Part shown: positions 41,920 to 54,979 of the stretch, piece after piece | Layout of the letters: every line of letters starts with the position of its first letter | How positions within the stretch are numbered: the first letter of the stretch is position 1 | NCBI GenBank assembly: GCA_951406725.2 | Contig: CATOCA020000001.1 | Location: 11,780,001-11,844,000, forward strand | Reading direction: 5' to 3' | Length of the DNA: 64,000 nucleotides | Source: Octopus vulgaris | Taxonomy: Eukaryota | Made by a program: the position numbers and the translations under genes | The notes under the pieces: generated by a model | The model's database searches: none | Seen by the model: the letters and a program-made list of their open reading frames with translations, nothing else | What the model was told of the DNA's origin: nothing

Positions 41920-42760
41920 GACAATTAAAAAACAACAAAGATCAATCAATCGAAAAGGTAATCCCTCGTTATCGATCAACTTTTGCCATCTTTCAGGCAA
42001 AGTTTTGAATCCTTTCATCCAGAAATCACGTGGCTTTGAATCAATAAATTCGTAAAGGAACGATTTCACATCTTCTTCGTTTTCGAACTCTGTATCGCCA
42101 ATTACGCTTTGCAAGGCAGAGACTAAATGATAGCCCGAAGGAGCAAGGTCAGGAGAATGCGGTGGGTTCACCATAATCTCCCAGCTCGCCTCCTTCGGCT
42201 TCTTTCACGTCTTCTTTGTACGATGGTGATGATGCGTTGTCTTGGTGGTCAATTAGCTTCAAATTTGAGCGTTTTTCGGCCAGCGCGATCTTTAGATGGT
42301 CAATTTGTTTGCAGTAGACATCCTTGTCAACGGTATGGGAGAAGATCCAACGGGATCTCACCACGGCAATCCCACCCAACTGAGATCATAACCTTCTTTT
42401 TCCACAAGCTGTTCTTTTGACGAAGATTTTGGTTTTTGACCTTTGCTACACCAGGATCATCTGCGCCTCACATTGGAGTACAGAACCCACTTTTCACCCA
42501 TAGAGATTACTGACTCCAACCAATCGAATCTTTGGCTTCGCCAGTGCAGAAGTTGCCATGCAGTGTCACGTGCTTGCCTGTTCGCTTCAGTCAATTCATG
42601 TGGCACCCATTTTCCAAGCTTGTGGACCTTGCCAAAGACGATGCAGGTGGTTGATGATCGTGACGTGGGACACGCCGAACTGTATCGCAAGTTGACGTGC
42701 TCCTGATTAGTCGAGGACTCTGTCTGAATGCGGGATCGAAGGCTGCTTGGTTGTCCAAGA
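41920..42760 (-). mobile_element. Degraded mariner transposase
   Basis: GKWVPHELT, EKWVLY.N, HQDNA, PPHSPDLAPSGYHL, LPERWQK. Confidence 0.85.
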
Positions 42761-42896
42761 ATTTCTTACCAAACTGCTATGTATATATATATATATATAT
42801 GCGTGTGTGTGTGTGAGTGTGAGTGCGTGTGTGTGTGTGCGTGCGCGTGTGTATGTATGGATGTATATAGATATATGTATGTATGTATATGTGTAT

Positions 42897-42938
<42 letters not shown>

Positions 42939-43300
42939 ATAAAAGGGTGAAATTAATTAATTAGGGATAATTATCAATAACACCAAGTAGATTTCGGTAT
43001 GTAAAAGCCCCATTCGAGGAAAATTTAAGTAATACTAGTAATTAGGTTTAGCAACGAATTCACCAACACACCGAATTTAGAAATAGCAGTCAAAGAGATA
43101 TAGCTATATCTCTTTGACTGCTATTTCTAAATTCGGTGTGTTGGTAATTCGTTGCTATATTACTTAGTATTACTTATATATATATATATATATATACAAG
43201 TTCAGCAAAATTTAGATTCAAATGAATATGGTACTTAAGTTAGATGGGGTGATTATAATCAAAATAAGCAACAAGAATATCTTCGGTAATTATATATATA

Positions 43301-43401
43301 TTCATTAATTGATAACAAATATGTGTAAGAGATCCATGGCAACAAATGAAATAAGCCAATATATACGTAAACATATATATATATATCTCCAAACCTTCCA
43401 A

Positions 43402-43462
<61 letters not shown>

Positions 43463-43740
43463 AGGGAGAGAGAGAGAGAAGAGAGGGAGAGAGAGAGAGA
43501 GGGGGGAGAGAAATAAATTAATAATAATAAATGAGTGTATAAATACTAAACTCTTACGGCCGTTTCTACCATGAAGCTGTAATATCTTCCAAGTTCTCCT
43601 CATCACGTGAGTGATATACATGGATGAACAAACATTGGACAGGGATTGGACAATGGCTGAGCTCCAAGGCTTCTTCAGAGTGATCAAATGTTAGTAAACT
43701 GACATGTGGGGAAGTAAGTTAAAATAATAGGGTAAAATAA
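43301..43740 (-). repeat. Left arm of inverted repeat (partner 46682-46986), with hammerhead-like motif
   Basis: Reverse-complement match, interrupted by a microsatellite at 43370-43520. Confidence 0.85.
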
Positions 43741-44083
43741 AATAAAAATATTGTAAAGTATAGAAGCCATGATAAGATGGCTTCTATACTTTACATTATC
43801 GAGCGATTACTGTTTCAATCTCATTCTGAGATTTAAAAATAAAAATAATATAACAGAAATAGTAAGGAATGGCAAGAACTTCATTTTAAGGTGTTATTCT
43901 AATCCATGGTATACCATCTTGTGGTAAATAAATAAAGCCAGTTCAGGAGAAATTTCCCCCAGCTGCGGTTTGCATCATGTTTCCATTATACTAGGGGAAA
44001 TAGCAAGAGTGCGGTGAGTTTAATGTTAAGGTCCACGTCACAGTGGTCAGAAATTAGAGGCTAACCGCTACTTAATAGATATT

Positions 44084-44226
44084 TCTCTATATATAAACGG
44101 CAGTTTGTCTGTCTGTGTGTCTGTGTGTCTGTCAGGTTGTACCCTCACCCTGACCACGGCTTTCAACCGATTCTGATGAAACTTGACACACACATAGCCC
44201 AATGTCATAATTCAAACCTAACGCAG
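44084..44226 (+). mobile_element. Helitron 5' end fragment
   Basis: TC start; inverted match to 44885-45029. Confidence 0.7.
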
Positions 44227-44589
44227 ATTGAACCTGTCAGGGGAGATTTAATACATAAATATATCAATGAAGGAAAAGTAGGGAAAAACCTTAATGCGAT
44301 GTTATCACTAGTTACTTATTGACAGAAACCTAATCCCAAAACTCCTAAGGGTCGTAGGGGGAGGTCAAAGTTGATCCGACAACTTAATTGGTCAGCAAAT
44401 ATATTTGAAGACAATGGCGTCGTTCAGGTCCGTTAAAACTATCAATAAATTACAAGACAAATAAAACAAAAGGGTAAAAATAAAAATATAAAAATAAAAA
44501 TATTTAGGGCATCAATAGTCTAGGGGGTCTTACTAATGAGTGGGTGATGTAAAGCACTTACGGATATGGGAACAGTTTTTATATGAATA

Positions 44590-45029
44590 CTAGCAGCATA
44601 GCCCGGCGTTGCCCGGGTATGTAAGAGCCCCTAGTAGGCAACGACTAATCCCAATCTAGTCCTTTCCCTCTAAGGAACATAGGTGCATGTGTAGGTTGCA
44701 ATGTCTTCTCTTCACTCGAATACTTCTGTGTATACGATGTTCCTAGCTGTTCCTTTGGGCGATAAAATGGTCGAGGTGTGTCCCCTAGAGAGAAAATGTG
44801 TTGCTTATAAAAAGCTTAGATTCTCGAGCCAATGTCGAATTTATTGATTATTTTCAGAACTGGGGGAACTTTTCAAAGTTTTTCCTGCGTTAGTTTTGAA
44901 TTATGACATTGGGCTATGTGTGTGTCAAGTTTCATCAGAATCGGTTGAAAGCCGTGGTCAAGGTGAGGGTACAACCTGACAGACACACAGACACACAGAC
45001 AGACAAACTGCCGTTTATATAGAGAGAGA
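44590..45029 (-). mobile_element. Non-autonomous Helitron
   Basis: 5' TC; 3' hairpin CCCGGGCAACGCCGGG then CTAG; inserted between A and T. Confidence 0.85.
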
Positions 45030-45340
45030 TTAAACAAGTGATAAACAGACGCTAATGGGTTCTTTCTGAGGAAAGTAGTCTGATAGTATATTATCATATT
45101 GAAATGCAGAGCTAAATCATACACTAAAACAGTGTTTAGGAAGTGTTATTACGTTACGGGAAGATCTGAGTAATAATTTCAAGCTTACGAGTAAATGTCT
45201 GAAATATAAGGGTGAATGTGAAAATGTGTGAGTTAAAATATTTTTAGACTTATAGACTACAGTTAAAGACGGGTAACTGTGTATTGCATGATATCACATT
45301 TAAACGATGTTGTTACCATTACTTTATCATCATCATTGTT

Positions 45341-46322
45341 CGACCGTGGTCGAGACAATGGAATTTACTATGCTACGCCAGACTTCACGGTCCATCATAG
45401 CATCACGGAGGTCCTGATGCTGGATGCCTGTATCCCTGGAGATTACATCAGGGTAGGAGAGTGTGCGCCCTCTGGTATTGCGACCGTGGTCGAGACAATG
45501 GAATTTACCATGCTACGCCAGACTTCACTCTCCATCATAGCATCACGGAGGTCCTGATGCTGGATGCCTGTATCCCTGGATATTACATCAGGGTAGGAGA
45601 GTGTGCGCCCTCTGGTATTGCGACCGTGGTCGAGACAATGGAATTTACTATGCTACGCCAGACTTCACGGTCCATCATAGCATCACGGAGGTCCTGTTGC
45701 TGGATGCCTGTATCCCTGGATATTACATCAGGGTAGGAGAGTGTGCGCCCTCTGGTATTGCGACCGTGGTCGAGACAATGGAATTTACCATGCTACGCCA
45801 GACTTCACTCTCCATCATAGCATCACGGAGGTCCTGATGCTGGATGCCTGTATCCCTGGAGATTACATCAGGGTAGGAGAGTGTGCGCCCTCTGGTATTG
45901 CGACCGTGGTCGAGACAATGGAATTTACCATGCTACGCCAGACTTCACTCTCCATCATAGCATCACGGAGGTCCTGATGCTGGATGCCTGTATCCCTGGA
46001 TATTACATCAGGGTAGGAGAGTGTGCGCCCTCTGGTATTGCGACCGTGGTCGAGACAATGGAATTTACTATGCTACGCCAGACTTCACGGTCCATCATGG
46101 CATTACGGAGGTCCTGTTGCTGGATGCCTGTATCCCTGGATATTACATCAGGGTAGGAGAGTGTGCGCCCTCTGGTATTGCGACCGTGGTCGAGACAATG
46201 GAATTTACCATGCTACGCCAGACTTCACGGTCCATCATAGCATCACGGAGGTCCTGATGCTGGATGCCTGTATCCCTGGAGATTACATCAGGGTAGGAGA
46301 GTGTGCGCCCTCTAGTATTGCG
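45341..46322. repeat. 7 x 140-bp tandem repeat derived from an RTE-like LINE 3' end
   Basis: CGACCGTGGTCGAGACAATG recurs at 45341, 45481 ... 46181. Confidence 0.95.
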
Positions 46323-46646
46323 AGTAGATGGCTTCCAGGGGAGAAGAGTAGAAATTACCTCTTTTTCAGCTCTACAACAATGTCCAGAAAACTGGACCCT
46401 CCTACCTTTCACAAGAGATGACACAGGTGGTAGTTTCCCATATATTTGTACTTTGGTTGGATGACGCTTCCACGAGAGATTTTGAGGTCTCATAAGGAGG
46501 CGAGTGTAGGTTCCATCCAACCGCCTCTCAAGCTTCTTTGATAACGTCCAGGTTTCTGAGCCATAGAGTAGAATTGGTTCGATTGTGGCTTTGAAGATTT
46601 CAAGTTTGAAGTCTCTACTTGGATTTGATGACCAGATCTTATGCAT
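46143..46646 (-). mobile_element. RTE-like LINE 3' coding fragment
   Basis: ILLYGSETWTL, RR..F.GH..R, DR..WR. Confidence 0.85.
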
Positions 46647-46681
46647 GTCATTCCTTACTATTTCTATAATATCATTTTTAT

Positions 46682-46986
46682 CTTATTTTACCCTATTATT
46701 TTAACTTACTTCCTCACATGTTAGTTTACTAACATTTGATCACTCTGAAGAAGCCTTGGGGCTCAGCCATTGTCCAATCCCTGTCCAATGTTTGTTCATC
46801 CATGTATATCACTGACGTGATGAGGATAACCTGGAAGATTTGAGTGCCTCATGGTAGAAACGGCCGTAAGAGTTTAGTATTTGTACACTCATATATTATT
46901 ACTCATTTATATCTGTTTACGTATATATTGGCTTATTTCGTTTGTTGCCATGGATCACTTACACATATTTATTATCAATTAATGAA
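46682..46986 (+). repeat. Right arm of inverted repeat; hammerhead-like motif at 46741-46873
   Basis: CTGAAGA-AGCC...GGTA-GAAA-CGGCCG-TA-AGAG; stem I weak. Confidence 0.7.
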
Positions 46987-47050
46987 TAGATATAAATGCA
47001 TGTTTACTGGCTGATGTTTGCAGATTATATCCTCTCTATTCTCTTATTTG

Positions 47051-47106
<56 letters not shown>

Positions 47107-47107
47107 T

Positions 47108-47328
47108 CTTTACTCTTTACTCTTTTACTCTTTTACTTGTTTCAGTCATTTGACTGCGGCCATGCTGAAGCACCGCCTGTAGTCGAGCAAATCGACCCCG
47201 GGACTTATTCTTTGTAAGCCCAGTACTTGTTCTATCGGTCTCTTTTGCCGAACCGCTAAGTGACGGGGACGTAAACACACCAGCATCGGTTGTCAAGCAA
47301 TGCTAGGGGGACAAACACAGACACACAA

Positions 47329-47359
<31 letters not shown>

Positions 47360-47529
47360 CATATATACGACAGGCTTCTTTCAGTTTCCGTCTACCAAAT
47401 CCACTCACAAGGAATTGGTCGGCCCGGGGCTATATCAGAAGACATTAGCCCAAGATGCCACGCAGTGGGACTGAACCCGGAACCATGTGGTTGGTAAGCA
47501 AGCTACTTACCACACAGCCATTCCTACGC

Positions 47530-47530
<1 letters not shown>
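47108..47530 (-). mobile_element. tRNA-head SINE
   Basis: Minus-strand head GGCGTAGGAATGGCTGTGTGGTAAG (A box) ... GGTTCAGTCCC (B box); (AGAGTAAA)n-type tail. Confidence 0.85.
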
Positions 47531-47616
<86 letters not shown>

Positions 47617-47927
47617 ATATATTTCTGATTTTGGTAATCAGTGAATAAACTTCACTGAGAATTAGATATATATATTTACGAAGTTGGGACGGATATCCGC
47701 GGCTGGCGGGCGTCTGCTACTCTAGACCGATGATGGACAAAGATCCTGAAACATGCGCGTCTCATGATGCAGGCCTGGCTGCTGGGGGTGTTTGTCTCCC
47801 CTTCGTAAATATATAAGGACACAGGAAAAAAATGTGTCGAAGCCATCAGGAGGCGTCGATGCTTCCTAGGGCTAAACAGTGGTGGTGTAATCCCCTACTG
47901 TCGCGTTAAATTGACAGTATACAACCG

Positions 47928-47980
<53 letters not shown>

Positions 47981-48465
47981 TGAGAAAGTTGGTGTGTGAA
48001 AGCACGTTGTTGAATATATAGAAAATAGTAAGAAGTGAAAAACCTACAGAAAGCTTGTTTTAAAAGGTTAAAAAATATATATTTGAATCATAATATCAGA
48101 ATAATGTTATAAATTTTTTTCATTGAAAAATATAAGCCCAAACTTAACCACTCCAACATTCTTATACAGAGAAACTCACCCCCCAAAAAAGGCAAGAAAT
48201 ATTAAGCGATTATCTCCCTTACACCGGAAGAAATCACTTATTACCTCCCCTTACCTGGAACTCTACTTTACACTTCTCAACGAAAACATAACGATGTAAG
48301 AAATTTGAAAAGCTGAACGCGAAAGCGGTCATTTCTTCAAAAACTATGTCATTGCATGAAAAAAAATTATAACATTCTTCAGACTCTAATATATATTTTT
48401 TAACCTTTTAAAACAAGCCTTCTGTAGTTTTTTCACTTTTTACTGTTTTCTATATATACATATAC

Positions 48466-48533
<68 letters not shown>

Positions 48534-48911
48534 GTATGTATGTATGTATGTATATGTGTGTGTCTGTACATATGTATGCAAAAATGTGTATATATATACA
48601 TTAATTACGGGGATGTATTTGCATAGCAGGTACTTGATCTGAGATCGTGTGCTGAAACAAAAGCAATTTCAGCGTGGAAGGTGTTTATAAGCCATTTAAA
48701 AACACACAAAAATCTTCAGATTCACTTCAACATTTAAATTTAATTTGTGTCAAAATATTTTCGTCGCTTTGAGACCGCATCCTGTTCACTGACAAAAATA
48801 CAGCAAGGAATTTTGTCAGTGAACAGGTCGCGGTCACAAAGCGACGAAAATATTTTGGCAACTGGCTTATAAATACCTTCCACGCTGCAAATGTTATATA
48901 TATATAAAGTA

Positions 48912-49307
48912 CTAGCAGTATCGCCCGGCGTTGCTCGGGTTTGTAAGGGAAATAACTATATAAGCATTTTTAGAGATGTAAAGTATAATAGCCATCACAA
49001 TATGGCTAACCACAAAGGGGGTGGTGTTACTGTAGCTTTTTACGTTCTGAGATTTAATTATAAATTTTTAGAGAGTTACTTCCCTTATATATGCCAAAAA
49101 TGCATTAAAAATGGGAAAAATTGATGGTAAATTTTTTTTAAATCGTAGACTCATCGTAGACGCGCGCTAATACCCAGAAGGGCTCGATATGAATCACGAC
49201 TATAAGATACCCGGTTTTGGTTAAACTGCACCGCAAAATGTGGGAGTAGTTAGGAATCTAAATCGTAGGAGACAGACAGCATATAACCTCTCTTTTATAT
49301 ATAAAGA
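48912..49307 (-). mobile_element. Non-autonomous Helitron
   Basis: TC ... CCCGAGCAACGCCGGG-CGATACTG-CTAG. Confidence 0.85.
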
Positions 49308-49593
49308 TATGATTTAACTTATTAAACACAGTACAACGAATTCATTCGTATTTATGTAAATGGAGGAGGTTAGATGTTAATGTGGATGATTGTTTTAATT
49401 ACTCAAATAGCTACACAATTGTTTCGTACAGAAAGACAGGATTCATATTTGAGAATCTGGGTTGTCAGAAAGTACTCGTCGGCAGCTTGTAGAAAACAAA
49501 CTCTAAAAGGACATTAGAAGTACATAGGTATGGTGTTATTAATAATTTTATAATGTGTTATCGCTCTTGGAGTCATGTCTGTTTTAACAAATG

Positions 49594-49976
49594 CTAGCAG
49601 TATCGCCCGGCGTTGCTCGGGTTTGTAAGGGAAATAACTATAAAGCATTTTTAGAGAGTTATAGCCAAAAAATATCAAAAAAATGGAAAAGAAATTATGG
49701 TAAATTTTTTTGAGAGTTAAAAAGGTCGAGTTGCGTCCTCTAGACAGTCTGTGGTTTGTGTTTCTGATTCTCGACCCCATGTCGAATTTATCGATTCTTT
49801 TCAGAACTGGGGGAACTTTTCAAAATTTTCGCTGCGTTAGTTTTGAATTATGACATTGGGCTATGTGTGTGTCAAGTTTCATCAGAATCGGTTGAAAGCC
49901 GTGGCCAGGGTGAGGGTACAACCTGACAGACACACAGACACGCACACAGACAAACTGCCGTTTATATAGAGAGAGA
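49594..49976 (-). mobile_element. Non-autonomous Helitron (5' part like 44590-45029, 3' part like 48912-49307)
   Basis: Same termini; mosaic interior. Confidence 0.85.
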
Positions 49977-50129
49977 TGATTCACCTATATTAACATCATA
50001 TTTCCTTCATTTACATAAATATGAATGAACTTGTTGAACAGTGTTTAATAAGTAAAATCATATTTTTCTTTGTAGTTTCAGCTCATAGCTGTGGCCATGT
50101 TGGAGCACCACCGTTTTGCTACACTGTTA

Positions 50130-50470
50130 TTACTGAGATCTTCTTCTAATTAGCGGCACTTGGTGTAGAATGGCGTTTGATGTAACTACCCTCATTTGCA
50201 CCTCTTGCCGTGAGGAAGGCTCATCTGGGACTCTCGACAGGAAGAGGTCCAGGCTTGATTTAAAAACGCCTACATCTACTTTGTGTAGATTCCTCAGGCT
50301 CTTTGGGAGAATATTGAAAAGCTGTGGGTCCCTGAAATCCAGGCTGTTGCAGTAACTAGTCCTGAAGCGCAATGACTTTGCTGGGATTTTCAGCAATGTG
50401 CAGTGTCGATCCGTTCTGGCTTTCAATGCCAAAATTTAACACAATTACTTCCAGGATCTTCCAGAGGTAT
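50130..50470 (-). mobile_element. CR1/L2-group LINE 3' fragment
   Basis: PQLFNILPKSLRNL, FKSSLDLFLSRVPDEP. Confidence 0.6.
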
Positions 50471-50607
50471 TTTATGTATTTAATATTTCTATATAAGTAC
50501 TCATATCTACACAAATTTACACTAGTAAATTTAATAGTAAAGTAGGAAGAAAGAACGTCTGAAATCTTTGGAAAAAATTACACAGATTAAAGGTAATTAT
50601 ACCTGTT

Positions 50608-51117
50608 TAGGACAGGTATAATTTCCAACACAGGAACATGTATCATACATTAAAATGAAGCTGGTCCTCTGTGGATCACATCCCTACTTCTCAACATAGT
50701 CATCGTTTCTCTCAATAGCAATGTTCCACCTTCGAATGAGAGCATGTATCCCTGCCTTGTAAAATTCTGTCGACTGTTCTTTGAGCCTTTTCTTCACTAC
50801 AGTTTTCACTTCCTCGTCACTGGAATAATGTTTGCCTCTCAATCCCTCTTTCATGGGGCCGAAGAGATGATAGTCCAGTGACGAGGAAGTGAAAACTGTA
50901 GTGAAGAAGTGGCTCAAAGAACAGTCAACAGAAATTTACGGGGATACATGCACTCATTCGAAGGTGGACCATTGCTATTGAGAGAAACGATGATTAGGTT
51001 GAGAAGTAGGGAAGTGATCCACAGAGGACCAGCTTCATTTTGATGTATGATACATGTTCCTGTGTTGGTAATTATACCTGTCCTAAACAAAATGGCATTA
51101 CTTTTTGACTCACCCTC

Positions 51118-51118
<1 letters not shown>
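50608..51118. mobile_element. Mariner 3' end, duplicated in inverted orientation
   Basis: DYHLFGPMKEGLRG..Y...EEVK; arms ~50608-50830 / 50876-51086; TIR ...TGACTCACCCTCG-TA. Confidence 0.8.
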
Positions 51119-51181
<63 letters not shown>

Positions 51182-51416
51182 TCATAAATAGGGATAATAT
51201 CGATATTTAAATATCGATATAATCAAGTGGTCAGCATGGGAATAAATACCATACAAAGGTAATAATTTTTTTACAACTATAAATAAGGGTGTCTGCTGAA
51301 ATAGCAGTCAAATCTCTGGTGGTTTCTAGAGTCAGGGATTTGACTGCTATTTCAGCATGGTGGTGTCTCTCAGACACCCTTATTTATAGTTGTAAAAAAA
51401 AAAATATATATATATA

Positions 51417-51870
51417 TGGTGGCTGCCCTCTCGTTATCGAGTATGGCCATTGCGCGAAGCTTAATCAATGTTGTTATCGTGCAATGCCTGTGCAAGAAGA
51501 TCTTTTTAAAGTGAGGAAAGGCTGGGCACTGAGTCAATCCCACTCACTAAGCAACAGTAGCCATAATCCGAAAAGAAGAACAAGTCAACATCATCGGTAA
51601 CCACGGAGCCGCAGGTTTTATGTCGGAGTTATCCCAGTTGCCTGAGTTGCCTTCTCCTAGAAGGATGTCCTAAGAAAAGCTAGGAGTTCTTCACTCCCAA
51701 TGGTTTAACTGCGCGATCGGGTATTCAGTCCGATTAATTCTATGTCTCCGCGCATGATATAGCCTTAAGACATTTATTGGATGGCCGTTGACTCTCAAGA
51801 GTTCCTCCGCCCTTTGACGAGTTTTGTTTATCATCCCGCGGGGTGTCCAATAAACACCCTCCTCAGCAAG
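51417..51870 (-). repeat. Copy of the 10025-10585 repeat family
   Basis: Reverse-complement similarity. Confidence 0.75.
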
Positions 51871-51886
51871 CATATATATATATATA

Positions 51887-53433
51887 TCTTATTATAAAAG
51901 GCAGATTTTATCTGCCTCCCTTTGGGAGTTATACAAATCTACAATATAGGATTTCTTCAATTACAATTTACCTAGCATTTTTAAGAGTACAATGCATCGC
52001 GTCATGCCAGGTCCAGTTTTTCAAATTTAAACTCCAATTAAGCAAAATTTACAGAAAACTCACATTCTGGTGTGTGTGTCAAATGCTTTTCTTAGTCTGG
52101 TTTACACCACACGCAAACGCACACACACAGTGGGCAACGAATAAAATGAAAGTAAATAGCGACAGAGTGATTTGAGGAAGACTAAACTGAAAGTATTTAA
52201 ACCACTACTCAAAAAATAAAAAAACACAGCAAACAAAAACAAATAAATACATAACCATTTAATCCTCACACAATTTCTTCAATTAGAATTTACCTAAGAT
52301 TTTTCAGAGTACTTCAGTGGGTGATGCCATAAAAAATTTCTTTCAATTTTACCACCAATTAAGACAAAATTCGAGAAAACTCAATATTTTAACATATCAC
52401 TCCGAAAGCATTGATGTACATGTGTACGTGCGTGAGTGTGTGTGTGTCATTCCTCACACACACGCATACACATACATATACAACTACATACAACTACATA
52501 CACATACAACTACATACAAACACGTGTGTGTTTGTTATTAGTAAAAAAGGCGCCAAAACTCAACTCACTTATCATTCCAACACATTTGCAAAGACACACG
52601 GACGGACAGAAAAGGTAAATTGGTTTTTATTTTACTCTGTATATATTTTATTATATAATATTATATATAGATATATGTATATATAATTGCAGTATGAAAC
52701 AGCGTGACACTTATATATAGTTACCAAGCCGCCCGAATTTACCTATTCATATTTAAATGAGAATATCAGAGCAAATCTCTTTAGTACATTCGTGAAAACA
52801 CGTATTATACTTCGTAAACACTTCAACTACAGTTTTGTACAAAAATCGAAGTGTAATTTTAATTCCGTGAATTATGGAAGATTTTTTCCCCAAATTTGTT
52901 CCTATTGTGTTTTCAAAATTTGTAATTCTGACAAAAAATGGATACGAATTTCATTATATCAAGCAGCGAGTCAGAATTCGAAGGATTTTCTACTGAAGAC
53001 CTTCATAAATCTAACTCTATGACTGAAAAAAAAGGCATCTTTATATAAGAATGAAGTTGTGTGTCTGTCTCCTACGATTTAGATTCCTAACTACTCCCAC
53101 ATTTTGCGGTGCAGTTTAACCAAAAGCGGGTATCTTATAGTCGTGATTCATATCGAGCCCTTCTGGGTATTAGCGTGCGTCTACGATGAGTCTACGATTT
53201 AAAAAAAAATTTACCATCATATGTTTCCATTTTAATGCATTTTTTCGCTTTTATATAAGGGAAGTAACTCTCTAAAAATATCTATGATGTGTCAACGATT
53301 TAAAAAAAAATTTACCTTAATTTTTTTTTAATTTTTAATGCATTTTTTTGCTATTTTTTGGCTATAACTCTCTAAAAATGCTTATATAGTTATTTCACTT
53401 ACAAACCCGAGCAACGCCGGGCGATACTGCTAG
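51887..53433 (+). mobile_element. Composite Helitron 1
   Basis: TCTTATTATAAAAGGCAG start; internal second 5' end at ~53038; hairpin + CTAG at 53430-53433. Confidence 0.8.
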
Positions 53434-53889
53434 TCTTATTATAAAAGGCAGATTTTATCTGCCTCCCTTTGTCAGTTATAGAAATCTACAATATAAGATT
53501 TCTTCAATTACTATTTACCTAGCATTTTTAAGAGTAGAATGCATCGGGTCATGCCAGGTCCAGTTTTTAAAATTTAAACTCCAATTCAGCAAAATTTACA
53601 GAAAACTCACATTCTGGTGTGTATGTCAAATGCTTTTCTTAATGTGGTTTACACCACACGCAAACGCACACACACACAGTGTGCAACGAATAAAATGAAA
53701 GTAATTCACTTTCTGTAGTGAGTGACTCTTTCACTCTGCCTCCCACTTCCTCTTTACACACATAGACACGCAAATATATAAATAAAATTGTAAGCTAATG
53801 TGCGTGTGTGTGAGTATGTGTGTGTGTGTGCGCGCGTGTGTGTGAGGGTGCGTGTGTGTGTGTGTGCGTGTGCGTGAGTGTGTGACAGG

Positions 53890-54730
53890 AAAGTTTTTTA
53901 CGACGAATATAAGACCTATATCCAAGTAGCAGAAAGATCGACCAAAAGTGTATATAGATATTTAAATGTATTTATATATTCATCTATACACAGATGTATG
54001 TATAATGTGTGTGTATATATTTCCATAGAGGTAACCTTTCACTCCATACAAAGTTTTTAGGACGAATACAAGATCTAAAGTATATACAAGTAGCAGAAAG
54101 ATCGCCCAAAAGTGTATATAGAAATTTAAATGTATTTATATATTCATCTATACACAGATGTATGTATAATGTGTGTGTATATATTTCTATAGACGTAACC
54201 ATTCACTCCGCACAAAGTTTTTTAGGACGAAAATAAGATCTAAAGTATATACAAGTAGCAGAAAGATCGCCCAAAAGTGTATATAGAAATTTAAATGTAT
54301 TTATATATTCATCTATACACAGATGTATGTATAATGTGTGTGTATATATTTCTATAGACGTAACCATTCACTCCGCACAAAGTTTTTTAGGACGAAAATA
54401 AGATCTAAAGTTATCTCTAAGTAGCACAAAGATCGCCCAAAAGTGTATATAGATATATAAATGTATTTATATATTCATCTATGCACACATGCATGTATAA
54501 CGTGTGTGTATATATTTCCATAGAGGTAACCATTCACTCCATATAAAGTTTTTTTGGACGAAAATAAGATCTAAAGTTATCTCTAAGAAACAGAAAGATC
54601 GCCCAAAAGTGTATATAGATATTTAAATGTATTTATATATTCATCTATACACACATGTATGTATAATGTGCGTGTATATATTTCCATAGAGGTAACCATT
54701 CAATCCATACAAAGTTTTTTAGGACGAAAA
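53890..54730. repeat. ~5 x ~164-bp tandem repeat
   Basis: AAAGTTTTTTAGGACGAAAATAAGATCTAAAG recurs at a ~161-166 bp period. Confidence 0.9.
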
Positions 54731-54979
54731 TATTTATATATAAAAGAAAGGTTGTGTGTCTGTCTACTCCGATTTAGATTCCTAACTACTCCCACATTTT
54801 GCGATGCAGTTTAACCAAAACCGGGTATCTTATAGTCGTGATCCATATCGAGCCCTTCTGGCTATTAGCGCGCGTCTACGATGAGTCGATGATTTTACAA
54901 ATAATTTATCATCATTTTTTTCCATTTTAATGAATATTTTTTTAAATAAAGGGAAGTAACTCTCAAACTTCACACCAAT

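Noticed and set aside
45341-46322. CRISPR-like regular array
   Set aside because: Whole 140-bp units repeat with no unique spacers; eukaryotic LINE-derived sequence
47720-47765. Hammerhead-like CCGATGA..GAAAC (also CTGACGA..GAAA at ~55911-55965)
   Set aside because: Core or cleavage triplet and stems too degenerate to call
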